Shown: in pieces, positions 26,045 through 39,030 of the stretch | Numbering within the stretch: the stretch's first letter is position 1 | Layout: each line of letters opens with the position of its first letter | DNA from: Camelus ferus | Lineage: Eukaryota | Length of the DNA stretch: 64,000 bases | Direction of reading: 5' to 3' | Assembly: GCF_009834535.1 (NCBI RefSeq) | Contig: NC_045696.1 | Location: 38,814,001 to 38,878,000 of the forward strand | Made by a program: the position numbers and the translations under genes | The notes under the pieces: model-generated | Seen by the model: only the letters and a program-made list of their open reading frames with translations | What the model was told of the DNA's origin: nothing | Databases searched by the model: none

Positions 26045-28481
26045 TTAGTTTGACTCAACTAATTAGTTTGTTACTCATTAAATATTCCTTGAACTCAACT
26101 GAAAAGAACTGAAGACATTGTCATTTCTTTTTCGACTTGAGCCCTTTACTTTAGTCAGTGTCCTGTTGTCAGACACAATACTCCAAGTAGTTCGTCTTTT
26201 AAGTATTCTCTTACCTACCCCTTTCCGTTAAACAGGAGAGCATTATTTTCCACACAATGTAGCCTTGGAACACTACTATATTCATTTCCCTAATGGGTTC
26301 TTCTGACTTACAAATACCGGGTTTATTTTGGCTTGCATATGAAGTTTGATTGCTTGCATTCATAATTGAGTTTCCCTTTTGATTTATTAATCAGAACCAT
26401 CATATCTCAAAATGATAATTAGCTGGCAAGTTGTGGCAAATATATACAAAGTTATTTATAGATATTTCCCCCTTTCTGTCTGCATGTTAACATTGTCTAA
26501 TAAATCATGTAATTATAAAAGTTACAGAATACCCAACTGAATCTTTTACAATTATTGAAAGTGTGACATTTTAGAGTAACATTCTTAAACATTCACGGTG
26601 TCTATGGCTTAATTAATCTGCTTCTCCATAATTTGACTCTTTAAAATCTTAAAATGACCTCATAGATATTTTACCATTCAACATGGAAGGCTTTTTGGTT
26701 AAATGTTCTGAATTTATTTTTGTACAGTATCACCTCTGGAAAGATGTTGCTATGGATATGTAGATATAGAAACAACATTTCCATTTTCCCATTTACAGTT
26801 TCAGTTTCACTGTAGAAAAAAACAAATTATCATGCAACACATTTGAACATTTTTATATCTGAATGCCTATATATAAATAAATGTGAAAGGTATTAACTGA
26901 TATAACTTCCCTTCTAGGCAGATATGCTGAAGCATCTGATCACTTCAAAATATTTAAGCAAGGAAAATTAAGGAACACACAACTAGAGCTTTCTGATTAG
27001 CTTTTCTTTTCTTTTCTTTTCTTTTTTTTTTAAACCAACAATTACTTGCGGGTTGGAAGAAATGAGACAGTCAAATATTTTAAAGTACCTTTTTTTTTTT
27101 TAGACAATAGCCTAGATGAGATCTTAAATAACATAGAGATCATGGCCCACTGGAAAGTATAGTGGACCAGGGTCTGAAAAGTCAAAATTCTATCCCCAGT
27201 TTCTCCTGTTTGCTCTTTTTCATGGAGCAAATTAGAGAAGTGAATGACCCAGTAGAAATTATATGCCTTTGGAAACTCCTTCTTTTCAAGCGTCTGTTGA
27301 CCCTATTTTTTGGGAACAGAAAGAGCAAAACAATGAATACACTTGTGATAACAGAAAGCACAAAAACTATAGCTCCCTTTATCAATTTTTTTCCCCAAAA
27401 GAGAAAGATCACCAAGAGAAGGTTAACCAAATGTCTCTTCCAATTAAGTTTTTGTCTTTTGTTTGTTTGTTTATGTGATTTTTACATTTGTGTTAAGCAC
27501 AATCTGTGCCATTTGAGGCATGACAACTCATAAAGTCTTTTTGTGGCTAGCTGTACCAACAAAAACACTTGAGGGGATTGAGAATGAGCAACCACCACCA
27601 CAAACTTGCTTCAAGTTAAAATTAGAGCAAGTCAGAACAATTCTGCCTTGTGTGTCAAGCATTTATCATAAGAATATTTATTAACAAGCAGGTACAAGAC
27701 ATTCATACAGTATATTTATTCTGTGAAATCAAGTCCTAACTCTCCACTCTTACAGGGTATCCCTAAATGTCTTGCCTGAAAAAAAAAATCACTTAAGGAA
27801 GCCTAAACAACATCCCAGAGCCAAGATTCTGTATCCTTATAGGCCAGGCAATCGGACATCTTCAGATTAACTGTCCCAACCATTTAGGGATTATTGAGAA
27901 ATTAGCACCCATCCTTCAAGTGACAGGCTAGCTATAGGCTTCTCTGCTAAAATATTTTAGCTGATCCACATATCATTAATGACACTAATTTCACCAGTGA
28001 GGGTCCACTTCTAAACCCATTATGCTGGTTAACAATCCACCAGTTTAACCAATGGAATTCCTTTTCTGATGTTCATTATACTAATTAGTAAAGTTTTTGG
28101 TATTGATCCAGCGTAAATAGCTAAATCAGTGTATGAGCCCTCTCCAGAGTCCTGGCTTTCTTTTAGAATGCTAGTGAGGCATCACTGAGCTGCAAGATCC
28201 CAGTAAATGGTCACTTCCAAAGTGTAACTTACAGTAACTAATTTACAGTAAATTACAGACATCATAGCATTATAGCAGATCTCTAAGATACTGAGCTCTT
28301 TTATGGTACCATGATTATATTATCTACCTTCCTTTTTTTCTTTTTCTTTATACCTATCCTCTCCTTTATGCAAATAGGCATTCTCTTTTGGCTTCTTCTC
28401 TTTCTCCAATTCATAGGTCAGTGTATTTTTGATTTCTTATCTTGTGCCTCCTGGGAAATAAAATTTTCCTGTTCCTACCTA

Positions 28482-28655
28482 CAGTGATATTTCCTCCAAG
28501 GAAAGTCTAGACCACCTGCTTCAGAATCATCTGGGATAAACTGTTTGAAATGCAGATTCCCAAGCAGCACCTCTGAGGTTTATCTAGAAATCTGCAGTTT
28601 CAACAGACACAACTTCTTCATGATTCTTACACACTAATATTTGAAAACACATTCT
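28482..28655. mobile_element. MER5-like hAT-Charlie element
   Basis: gaccacctgcttcagaatcatctggg...tgaaatgcagattccca...aaatctgcagttttcaaca...tgattctta. Confidence 0.65.
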
Positions 28656-29028
28656 GTTCTGTGTGTTCCAGTCAAGTAAGTAGTAAGATCTGTATTAAAC
28701 ATAAATTGTGTGCAGATTGGTTTTATTTTGGTGTTTTTACTTGGTGCATCTACTTTTCCACACATTGTGGAACCTTCATAAATATTCAATAACTGTAAAG
28801 CAAACTCTCAATTATTCAGGTGTGAATTAACTAGCTGATGGATTATCCAAGCTCTCAGCTTCTTCCACCTTCTCCTTAATGCGTTTTGGCTATTTCTCTG
28901 GGGAATAAATCACTCGTCTGTTGCAACTTGTTAGCAAGTTTGATGAAAGGCCAAGTTTTTAGGCATATTGAAATGTAGTTGGGGGATTTTCTGTGTAATA
29001 AATATCCTACCCAAAAGGACCATCACTT

Positions 29029-29117
29029 ATGTATATTCATGTATGACTGAAGCATTGTGCTGTACACCAAAAATTGACACAATATTGTAAACTGACTGTA
29101 CCTCAATTAAAAAAAAA
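29029..29117 (+). mobile_element. Extremely 5'-truncated L1 (~89 bp) with 16-bp TSD
   Basis: L1 terminus gctgtacaccaaaaattgacacaatattgtaaactgactgtacctcaatt plus poly(A); TSD aaaaggaccatc(a/c)ctt at 29013-29028 and 29118-29133. Confidence 0.9.
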
Positions 29118-31631
29118 AAAAGGACCATCCCTTCTGCAGATAATAAAGAGCTAGCTCTTATATTCAGCAGTCAAACAAGAGCAGAAAACATTGGCCTGAC
29201 CCATTTGCTGGGAAATAAAATACTTCATAATTATCATTACAAAACATGTCGCTAAATATCCACACAAAACACCATGAATACAGCTAGATTATCAGGTAAT
29301 TAAGCAGAGGGTAAAAAACTGCTTCCCACAAGGGTTTCAAAATGCTGTTGATGATATCCTTAGCCAAAACTGGGAAGAAATTAAACAAAAAGGGATAAAG
29401 GTAACCCTTTCTTAGATATGTTCACACAATACAGTAGAAAACAATATTTGGCTATCTCTAATAAGATTCACCTATTTCACCACTTTTTCCGTCTCTTATG
29501 CATCTTTCCTTCCATATGGCTTTCTCAGGTCTCCTGGGATATTACTGCCATATGATATGATTAAAGGCATATCAAGTGTTAGGACCTTTCTTACTCAATG
29601 GCAGATTCTTGTGTATCTGCAACTGTCTGGTCTTGCAACATACAGAGCCTGGATCACGCACTTTCAGCTAATTTATGGGCAACTCAACATGGTGATTCAT
29701 GATAGTTTTAAACAGAAAAAAAAAAAAAACTCTTTGATTTCAGCTAAGTCTACTAACTTAATGAATTTTTAGCATATAGTATACTCACCCCATTCTAGTA
29801 TATTTGCTGTCTGCCGAGGTCCTTTGTCTCTCACCACATCACACACTCTTCCATTTCTTTCTTCAAAATAGATTTTGTGAAGGCTCCTCTAACTTTTGTA
29901 CTAGACTTTGCTACTCATCTGCTCAGGTTTCCTAGGACTTCCACAAATGAGGGTTTCACTCATCAGATCTGGGAGCTACAGGATAGCAAAGGAACTCTAA
30001 GAATACCTAAGTTTAAATTATCATGGAGGATCTTCCAGAGGGTCTTAGCTTCTTTCAGGATCCTTGGTAGCTTAAAAAATTAAAAGTAAAAGTAAAATTA
30101 AAAAATGTACGGTTGACTTAGTCCCTGACCGTACCTTTTATAGCCTATCACCCGAGACTCCGTTTTCCCATCAAATATAACCACTTACGTGGTTTGTTCT
30201 AAACTTGGCCTGTCTATAGCATGAATAGCTTCCTGTGAAACGAAAGCTGGCTGAGACCAGGAGACATGGGACTTAAGTTCACAAATTGCCACACCATTCA
30301 GTCATCACCTGCCCCTCTCTCTCAATTCTGTCATCCCCAAAGGCTGGGCCAAGGTAGGAAGTGGGGCAGCAGGGAGAAAGGGAATAATGACAGATGACAT
30401 GTGGACTTCTATAATATGTTCATAAGGAAGAAGCAGGTGAGATAAGTGCTTATCCAGTCACTGTAATATTTCTGAAAAAGCCTGTTCTGGTCTGCTGTTG
30501 CATGATCGCAGAGTGGTATATGAGAGCTATGTGTTGGGAAGTCTGGGTTTATGAGAGCGTATTCAGTTGGATTGTGCTAGCGGCAAAGTCCTTGATGGAA
30601 GTCAAATATAATATGCTTAATTCACACATTGCCTTATTATTCTTTAATATCAAGTCTCCGTGCTGTAATCTTGGTATTGTTTGCATGGAAGATAGTACTT
30701 TAAAGTACTTTTGACTTTGGATAGACTCAGGCCAAAATGATTTAATGCTTTTTTTTTTCCAATGCCCTATGTCAGTGGGAATTGTTAAGAAACTGCAGCA
30801 GGAATCTTGGGGCAAAAGGTGAAATCCTGGCATAGATTTTCAATATCAAAAGGAAAAAAAAAGCAGGAATAGAAGCTATGATTTTGATAATTTTCTTTCC
30901 AAAAGGTTTAACCTCCTTCCTTATTTATGCACACTGCAAAGCTGTTTAGATTCTCATTTCCGTTGGAATACATTTGACTGCCCCACAGTGGCTGCTGAGA
31001 GCTGGATTTAGGATACCCCATGCACAGCTGGATTATGCAGTCCATCATTGTTCCTGAAAGCATGAGAACTTTATGCTTTCCAGATGAAAAATGGAAAAGT
31101 TTCAGAGAATCTAGTTAAATCCCAATTAAATTTAGATCCAAAATTGTGTTGTTCCTTTCCTAGCCAGAGGGATTAAATTATTATGTCTTTTCAATTCCAA
31201 TTCCAGGTTCTGGTTCTTACCTATTAAATCATCCAAAGTGGTTTTACAGGTCTACCAAATAACGCTCCAACTTCCAACTCAAAAGAATGCTACTTTCTGC
31301 TGAATACTTCTTGCCTTTATAATGATAATCCTATGCTTTTCTACCTGCATCTTCTCTCTGAAAAGTGTTGTGCTGTGACCAGTCCTTCTTCCAGACGATT
31401 CTTATTTCTGCAAATTAGGTGGGTCTTTTGGCTTTCAAGACCAGAGGTTTATTTATTACAATTCTTTTTACATGTTGAGAGGAGTCAGGGAGTAGTTAGG
31501 GGAAATTTAGATAGTAAAGAATTGCAAGGTCTCTGAAAGTCAGGAAGGTCACGTGGGGGCAAAATAGCCAGATACATGGAGGAGAGTGAAAGTATCCTGC
31601 TGCGCACCTAGTTGGCTGTTTTTTACTTTTA

Positions 31632-31742
31632 AAGGAAAGACAGAAAAAAAAAGAAAGGAGAAAGAAGTAAAGAAAAAAAGAGGGAGGAAGGGAGAGGGGG
31701 AAGGAACCCTTTAGAAGAGAAAGGGAGGAAGGGAGGGGAAGA
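31632..31742. repeat. Polypurine (GA-rich) low-complexity tract
   Basis: aaggaaagacagaaaaaaaaagaaaggagaaag...gggaggaagggaggggaag. Confidence 0.85.
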
Positions 31743-34599
31743 ATACCTTTGAACATGTCAAAAGAAGCCCTCCTTAAATGCTGATAAGATTGATTTTGTT
31801 ACCATCTTGTATAAGCGACTTTTCGCAGGGTCATGTGTGAGCAGAAACTTATTCCTTCCTCTCAAAAACTAAACTCTATATTTTTCCTTAAAATTGATTT
31901 TGCTGAAGTGGATTTTTCATACTGAAGCCTCAGCTTTGATGCATTTGCATTCCAAAGTGAAAATGATCTGGGTGGTGAGAAGGAAATGGGAACTTCACCA
32001 GGTGTAACGCCCCTGTACCTCGGAGGTGTGCAGAACTGAGTCTCTGCAAATCAAATGCCTATATGTCGGACCATGAAAAAAAAAGTCTTTAAGGAGACAG
32101 GCTATTAACAGAACCCTGTGGAGAATTCACTTTTTAATTGAAGAAACCTCTTTAAAGGTTAATTATCCTCACACCACTTCCATATCACTTGTTTCTGTTT
32201 CTTTAAAGTCAGAGTTGCAAGTATTTGGTTTGCAAAACCTCATTTCTGAGACATTATTTCTATAACCTTGGTGTTAAAAAAAAAAAAAGCTTCAAGGAAG
32301 AAGGGAAACCTAGAGACAGGAAGAGGGAGAAAGAGAAAGAAGAGGAAGACACAATCGGGGTTACCCAGGAAGGGGAATATTATGAATATTCCAACAAATT
32401 ACAGACAAAGCAGGCGAGGGGAGGACATAAAACCATGGCTTTGAATGGATAATATTCTCATCCACTCACTTTTCACTGATGGAAGGGGAGCTAAATTAGT
32501 TAGTTATTGGGGCATAAACTTTCTCTGTGTTTATCCAACGGAGTGCTGGGATGTCTTGCCAGCAGCCTAACCTAATCTGGCAGAAAACAGGTTAGGCTCA
32601 GGTTGAGACCATTTGTCCCTCTCTAGGTCACATGTAAGGAGAGATTTACCACAATATGAGGACCTCAAAACAAGTTTTCCCAAGGAAAGGCCCCCAAATC
32701 AGAGTAAACCTTATTCCACAGGCCTCTACAGACTGAGCCATTGGCCAAGTCCATCTTCCTAAGAATCTGTTTGCTCCAGACTTAGTGCATTTCTGAGTGA
32801 CCTGAGGAGCATAGGTCTCATCCCAAGTGGCAGGCCAGGGCCGTCTCAACCGACTTTAGCCTGACACGTCTGACTGCTCTGACAAAAACTGCGTCTCGCT
32901 TCTTGCAATAATTCTTCAATTATAACTTTGTCTACTGTTAACAAGAATATATTTTACTCTCGATTTAAATAATATAGCTTGTGTAGTAGTAGAGTGTAAA
33001 AGCTTTTCCAAAAGTCTTTTAAAATGTTTCAAAGAAAAGAGTAGCATTTTGTAAGAAAGAGCTATACTTAAAATGCGTGTGCAGAAAAATAGAAGGAAAC
33101 CTAAAAGCTAAGTCTAACACTATACTGAGAAGAATAAAAACCTAGATCATTAGGTAGTGATTCATTGCCCAAGAAGTGATGTCTGTGTGAAATGGTAATG
33201 GAAGCATATTAACAGTGTCATGTTTCTTTTCTAAGTATCTGAAACTGCATTCCAACCAAATGCACGTATTGTCTGAATTCTACTAGCCACCTAAGGATTT
33301 TAATAAGGCTGCATTGATCCACACCAGCTCACTTACTGATGCTTCATAACACACAAGAACAATTGCAATGGACTTCTTTTCAGCAATTGGTTGTATCCAT
33401 TTGAGCGTGCAGTTTTTAAGAATATTTGGGTACTTCTTGCTATGCAAAATTTTCCTTTTTAGGCAATAAAATAATTTACTTAATTATTGTATTAATTAAT
33501 AGACCCTTATTGTGCATTTTCAACCTAAAGAGGATGAAAACAAATTTTCTCTAGACAGAACCAGCTTCTGCTGGTTTCTGCTAGCATTGTGGCCCTGTGA
33601 CTTAGAGGAATCAGCAAAATTTAATTACTGAGTTTGAATCAAGTCCTTGAGAAGTACAGTACAATGGCTTCTGCTTATTGCAGCCACTTTAGGAAATGGT
33701 TATTTGAGTCTAATAACTGACTGATTCAATTAAAAGGAGACAGGAAAACTATTTGCTGAGCAGGCACTCTGTTTGTTACTCACTGCTGTCATCTAAAGCA
33801 CATATTTTAAACCACAACCTTATAAGCTGTGGTTCTCTATCTTTCCCCATCCTAGTCTATTTGAAGGCTATGGCACAAACCCATTTTTTACTCACTTCAC
33901 CAGGAATTCTCAGCTGGAAGATGGGGTGTGCATCAGAATTTAGGGTGAGATTACACGAGCAATTAAAACCTTGCAAGATTCTAATATGTCAAGATACACA
34001 ACCATGTGGGGATTCTTGCTTCAATTCAGATGAAAATCCCATCTCTGGGGCCTGTGCTTTGCAGGAGACGAGCTAAGAAATAGAAGTACTGTTATTCATT
34101 CACTTCACAGCAAGAAGAGCAGAAAGCAGTCAGGGACCTGCTTCAATTTTGGTTTTATGGTAAAACAAAATCCACAAGCCTTGGATGGGAAGTTTAAAGA
34201 ATAACAAAGACCCAACAGAAAGTGACAACACAAAGAATCTACATAGCATAACTCTTGTTTTGGACCCTAGGAGAACAGAATGCAACTTTACTAGCATAAC
34301 TTTGGAATGCCTTTTATGATACATGAGGTAGTAACCTTATATGAAATACTTGTTCTCTATGATCTCTGAATATTTATCTATATACCTTATAAGAACAAAA
34401 ACTAATTTATTCCATCAGATCTTTTCATTGAACTTCCAGAATGCTGACATAGAGAAATTAGATCTTAAATCAAAAATAGATTATTGTTAGAATGGATGTC
34501 AGCCTGCAGTCTTTCAGCTTAAAAGGCAAAAGAATGGCTGCCTTCTCTAAATTCTAAAATGTATGCAGGAGTAAAAAGAAAAAATGGAAATGATTAAAA

Positions 34600-35625
34600 G
34601 TGATCCAATTCTTTGTGTGTTCTTAAGGTAGAGCCAATAGCATTTCTATTACACTGGAGATGAGAAGAAAAAAAAATTAAAGACAAAAAGGAAAATTCCA
34701 AGGCTTCCGAGGCAACCTAAAAGGGAAGAAAACATGAAAGAGTAGTTAGAGAGGGGGAAAAAATTGCTTGATTTTAGGTATATTAAGTTTTATGTGTCAA
34801 TTATATATCCAAGGGAGATGTTGAACAGAAAGGTATGTATAAAGTGAGAGTTGAAGGAAGAAGTCCAGCTGCGGGTGTACACTTGCGAGTTACTAGCACA
34901 TCAGTGGCCAAGATATGAAAGAGTCGTGGGACACTCTGAGCTAAGAGGTTGAGAAGAAGATGAGGAGAAACGTGAGAAGGAATAATCATCAAGGCAGAAG
35001 AAAAGTGGAGGGTGGTATCCAGGGGTAAAAATGGAAAAAAGTATTTCAAGGAGAAATGAGTCATCAAAGAAGAGGATTGAGAACTGACCACTGGATTTAG
35101 CAAAAAGGAGGTCTTTGGTGCCATCAAAAGAGTAGTTTCAGTGAAATGATAGAGGTAAAATTTGACAGAAATGGATTTAAAGGAAAATGAGGGTAGAAAC
35201 AGTGAAGCCAGGAAGTATAGACAACCTTTGAGGAGTTTTGCTATAGAAGGAAGCTGAGAAATGAGGCACCATTTGGAAGGAGAAATGAGGTCAGTAGAAC
35301 TTTTTTATGGAAAGTAAAAGTAGGTGATATAAGAGAGGAAGGACAGATTTCCTGAAATTATATCCTTGAGAATAGAATATAATGCCCAAGAGGAATGGTT
35401 GGCTTTAGATGGGGGTAAGAACTGTTCATCTCAAGTACTGAAAAGAAAACAGGGTACATGGGAACCAGATGTGGTCCTACCCGTTTGTCGACGTTCTCTC
35501 CGGGATATTTGTTTTATCAATCATGTTAGAAATACAATCAGTTAAAATTGAGGATAAGGTAGGAGGTGTTAACCAGCTTAGGAAGAAAGGATATATATGG
35601 AATAGTCATCTCAGAGAGTAGGAAA
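34600..35625 (-). mobile_element. LINE-2 internal fragment
   Basis: aaggtagagccaatagcattt; atatccaagggagatgttgaacag; gaggattgagaactgaccactggatttagca; ttgaggagttttgctatagaagg. Confidence 0.75.
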
Positions 35626-35629
35626 TTTA

Positions 35630-36130
35630 GCCAAGGTTTTGCCATCCAAAGTGGCAACCACTAGACATATGTATCTATTGAACAGTGAAATGTGACTTGT
35701 GTGATTGAGAAGCTGAATTTTTAATTGTATTTAATTTTAATTAATTTTGATTTTGATTTAAAAATTGATGCTCATTCCAATCTTGTGAAAAATTTAAGAA
35801 TCTCGGAAAAGCTTGAATATGTAATCCTACGATACCAATCATAAATTTTATGGTACTTAAATATAGATCAAGCATTTTTGATGAAAATTTAGCATCCAAA
35901 TGGAGAAGTGCTATATGTGTAAGATGCACATTGGATTTCATAGAATGAAAAAAGTAAAATATCTCATTAACATTTTATATTGATTATATGTTATAATAAT
36001 ATTTAAATATATTGGATTTAGTAAAATATATTGATTTTAACTTAAACTTTTTATTTTATTTTTAATGTGCATGCTGGAAAGTTTTAATTTACACATACGG
36101 CTCACATTATATTTCTATTAGAAAATGTGG
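35630..36130. mobile_element. Charlie1-family hAT deletion derivative
   Basis: MER3-like left end (gcaaccactagacatatg...gaagctgaatttttaattgtatttaattttaatt); Charlie1 internal aaatatagatcaagcatttttgatgaaaatttagcatccaaa; right end ggctcacattatatttctatt. Confidence 0.75.
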
Positions 36131-36374
36131 GCCAAGAAGTATGGAATATGCTTCACTCCTGCTGTGGAGGTAAAGATCCCAGGAAGGTGATTCAGTTGTT
36201 CTTTTACTAGCATTTGACCTGAAAGCCTAGCATTTAAACTAAGAGAAGTAAAATTGTCCGTACGATAGTATTTTGTCTGTTTCTCCCAGGACTCTGATAG
36301 TTTTGCTTTATGTACCTTGATGATGGCTATTTGATGTACAGAATTTTATAAGTATTCTTTTCATTCATTTTAAT

Positions 36375-36760
36375 ATGAATAGTACAACCCTAATTTCACT
36401 TTTGTTTTGATTGATGGGAAATATTTTTGCATATTCTTTTATATTTAACCTTTGTGGGTCATTTTATTTTGGATATCTGTCTTGCAAGTAACACATAGTT
36501 AGGTGAATGAGTACAGACATGTATGCATGAGACTCAGTGAGAGTCTTTATGTCTTAATAAATAATTCAACACATCTCCGTTTCTTATGGTAACTGATATG
36601 CTTACTGTTACTTTGTGATCTTAGTTTTCCAAATTATCTTTTCCTATTTTCCTAGTTTTGCTACATTAATCAAAGTAACTCTGCTTATCTATTATTCATC
36701 AGTGAGTTAGACATTTTCCACTAGTGGTTACCTTTAAATTGCTTTTAAAACATATTTTGT
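36375..36760 (-). mobile_element. Ancient L1ME-like fragment
   Basis: atatttttgcatattcttttatatttaaccttt...ttttggatatctgtcttgcaagtaacacatagttagg resembles the reverse ORF2 EN region. Confidence 0.5.
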
Positions 36761-37984
36761 ATCCCTACCCTTTCAACTCTCAGAAGAAAATTTACCTTTC
36801 TTTTACTTCTCTTGCCCCACTGCTTCCAAGATTTTAGCAATTAATCTGGAATCTATTTAATCCCTTTTCTTATTTCAGTGGGAATTTGGAATGGGGAGGG
36901 CTTAGTCACACACAGTCAGGTAGTTTCCCTGAACTACAAGATAATCATGGAATTCTATGTGTACTAGTATACAAAGTGTATTGGTTCCCCAAAGAACCTA
37001 AACCAATAAATCACTGCTTCTAATATGTGAAATGCATTCTGTGGTACTAGTGGGCGTGATAAACAAGGTTGCAGGAAGCTGTTTAAAAGTAACTTTAAGT
37101 ATCTCATGCCTGATTAATGTCCTATAATACGGCACATGCTTAATGAAAGAATCATTAACTGGAATATAATTAGATGTTTAATTCAGTCCCTAGTCAATCA
37201 TTTGCTTTTAAATACATCTAAGAGTAAGTAACCTCAGCAATTTTGGTTTCTTACCTTCGTCTTGTCTTGAATGTGAGTAGAGGGTAATCTGTGGCACATA
37301 CAGAGGTACCAGACCCCTCAAAATGCCAAAGCATCTTTCTTTGAGAAATGCTTTCCTGGGGCACCCCACAGATTGTCTGTTTTTAAGTTATTCTGAGTTT
37401 GTATTTCTCTGTGGCTGATTCACCAAGGGACATCAATTTTAAAAAGGCTGTCAGAAGGCGCAACATTAAGACATTTGTTTAACCCTTTGTGACCCAAAGA
37501 TATTTGACCATACAGTCTTTTTCTTGCTTGCCATCGGCAATTTATTTTCAGTACAACCTACTTTGGGGAATGTTGCTGCATGATGTTCTGTTGCAAAATG
37601 GGTAGAGGAGTCACTTTAACTTCCTTATACAGTTATACTCGATTACAGATCTCCCAAAGTGTTTCTTGTATCTTTTAGGCTTTTCATGAAATACCTCTGT
37701 CAGTTTTGATGTTTAGCTCCCCTTCCCCACTCTCTGCTCAGATCTGCAGACAACTCAAATATAAACCCAGTGATGGGAATGGACCAAGAAATTACAGCCA
37801 CGGGCACATAGATGCCCTTCTGTTATCTGGTATCTAAGGATTTGGTAACGTGTCAAGCTCATAATGTTCACTCCCCTATCCCTTACTGTGCTTTCTCTGA
37901 GAGAGGAGCCTTGTGGAAGCAGACTTCTGGCAGGCCAGGTCCCCGGTGTACCACGTGGACCTGGGGTCTCTCAACAACCATGTA

Positions 37985-38100
37985 CATGTGCGTCTCTCTA
38001 GTAGACTCTCAATTCCTTGAAGCAGGCATCTAAGGACATATTTATTTTTATATTTCTACTGTTTGCAGTGTAGGTACTTGAGTGTTGCTGAATGAATGAG
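37985..38100 (+). mobile_element. LINE-2 3' end
   Basis: gtctctctagtagactctcaattccttgaagcagg...gtaggtacttgagtgttgctgaatgaatga. Confidence 0.6.
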
Positions 38101-38479
38101 TCACACAACAAATGTGAAAAGTGAAAAATGGTTGAGTTCTCCAACTCATCAGTTATTTCAGATGTAAGCATTTGACTAAAAATGCCAAGACATGAGTTTA
38201 TATCAGCATGGTTTGTTTACATATCAGTTTCCAAATATTTCACACACTGAGGTGTTTAAAATAAAAGGAGACATTAAATTAAAAGTACTTTCTACAAAAT
38301 GAGGGAATAAAAAGTCTTTGTATTTTTACTTTTATAATGGAAATCTATTAAGTTGGTGCTTTTTGTAACTGCTCTACCACACACATGCATAGGAAAAGTA
38401 TACAGAATCAGCATCATGATTCATAAAAGGCAAAAGTAAGTAGGTAAAGACAAAAATGGTAAGATACTAGGTGCATGGA

Positions 38480-39030
38480 TCAGTAAGAAAAAAACAAATA
38501 GCCAAATAGGAAAAAATTGAGAAAAGAAAGAGGAATTCACCAAAGGTGAAATGCAAATGACAGTAAACATATGAGAAGCTGTTCAACCTCACTAGTAATC
38601 AGAAAAATGCAAACTAAAACAACAGGATTGTATTATCAACCCTCGGACTAGCAGAAATTAAAAAGATTTATACTATCCAGGGCTGGCAGTGATAAGTAGA
38701 AGTAAGCACTTTCATACACTGTAGGTGGGGGTATAAATTGATAAACCTGTTTTGAAGAGCATTTGGCAGTATCTCAAAATTTCAATTTGCAACTTTTAGC
38801 CAACTCTTGCCTACAGAAATACTTTCACATGAGAACAGACTTATGCACAGGATATTGATAGCATCATTGTTTATGTAGAGAAAATTGAATGTAAATTAAG
38901 TATTCTCTAATACTGTAGTTTTACATGAATAATTATACATTCATCCTATGAAATATTATGCAGATATTAAAAATAATGAAGCCAATTTTCATGGATTGAC
39001 TTGGAAAGATCTCTAGAACATAGTATGCAA
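38480..39030 (+). mobile_element. Ancient L1ME ORF2 end/3'UTR
   Basis: aaacatatgagaagctgttcaacctcactagtaatcagaaaaatgcaaactaaaacaaca; ggtgggggtataaattgata. Confidence 0.75.

Noticed and set aside
32564..32598. Inverted repeat agcctaacct/aggttaggct as a structured RNA
   Set aside because: A 10-bp stem with a 15-nt loop is too short for a pre-miRNA and has no other support.
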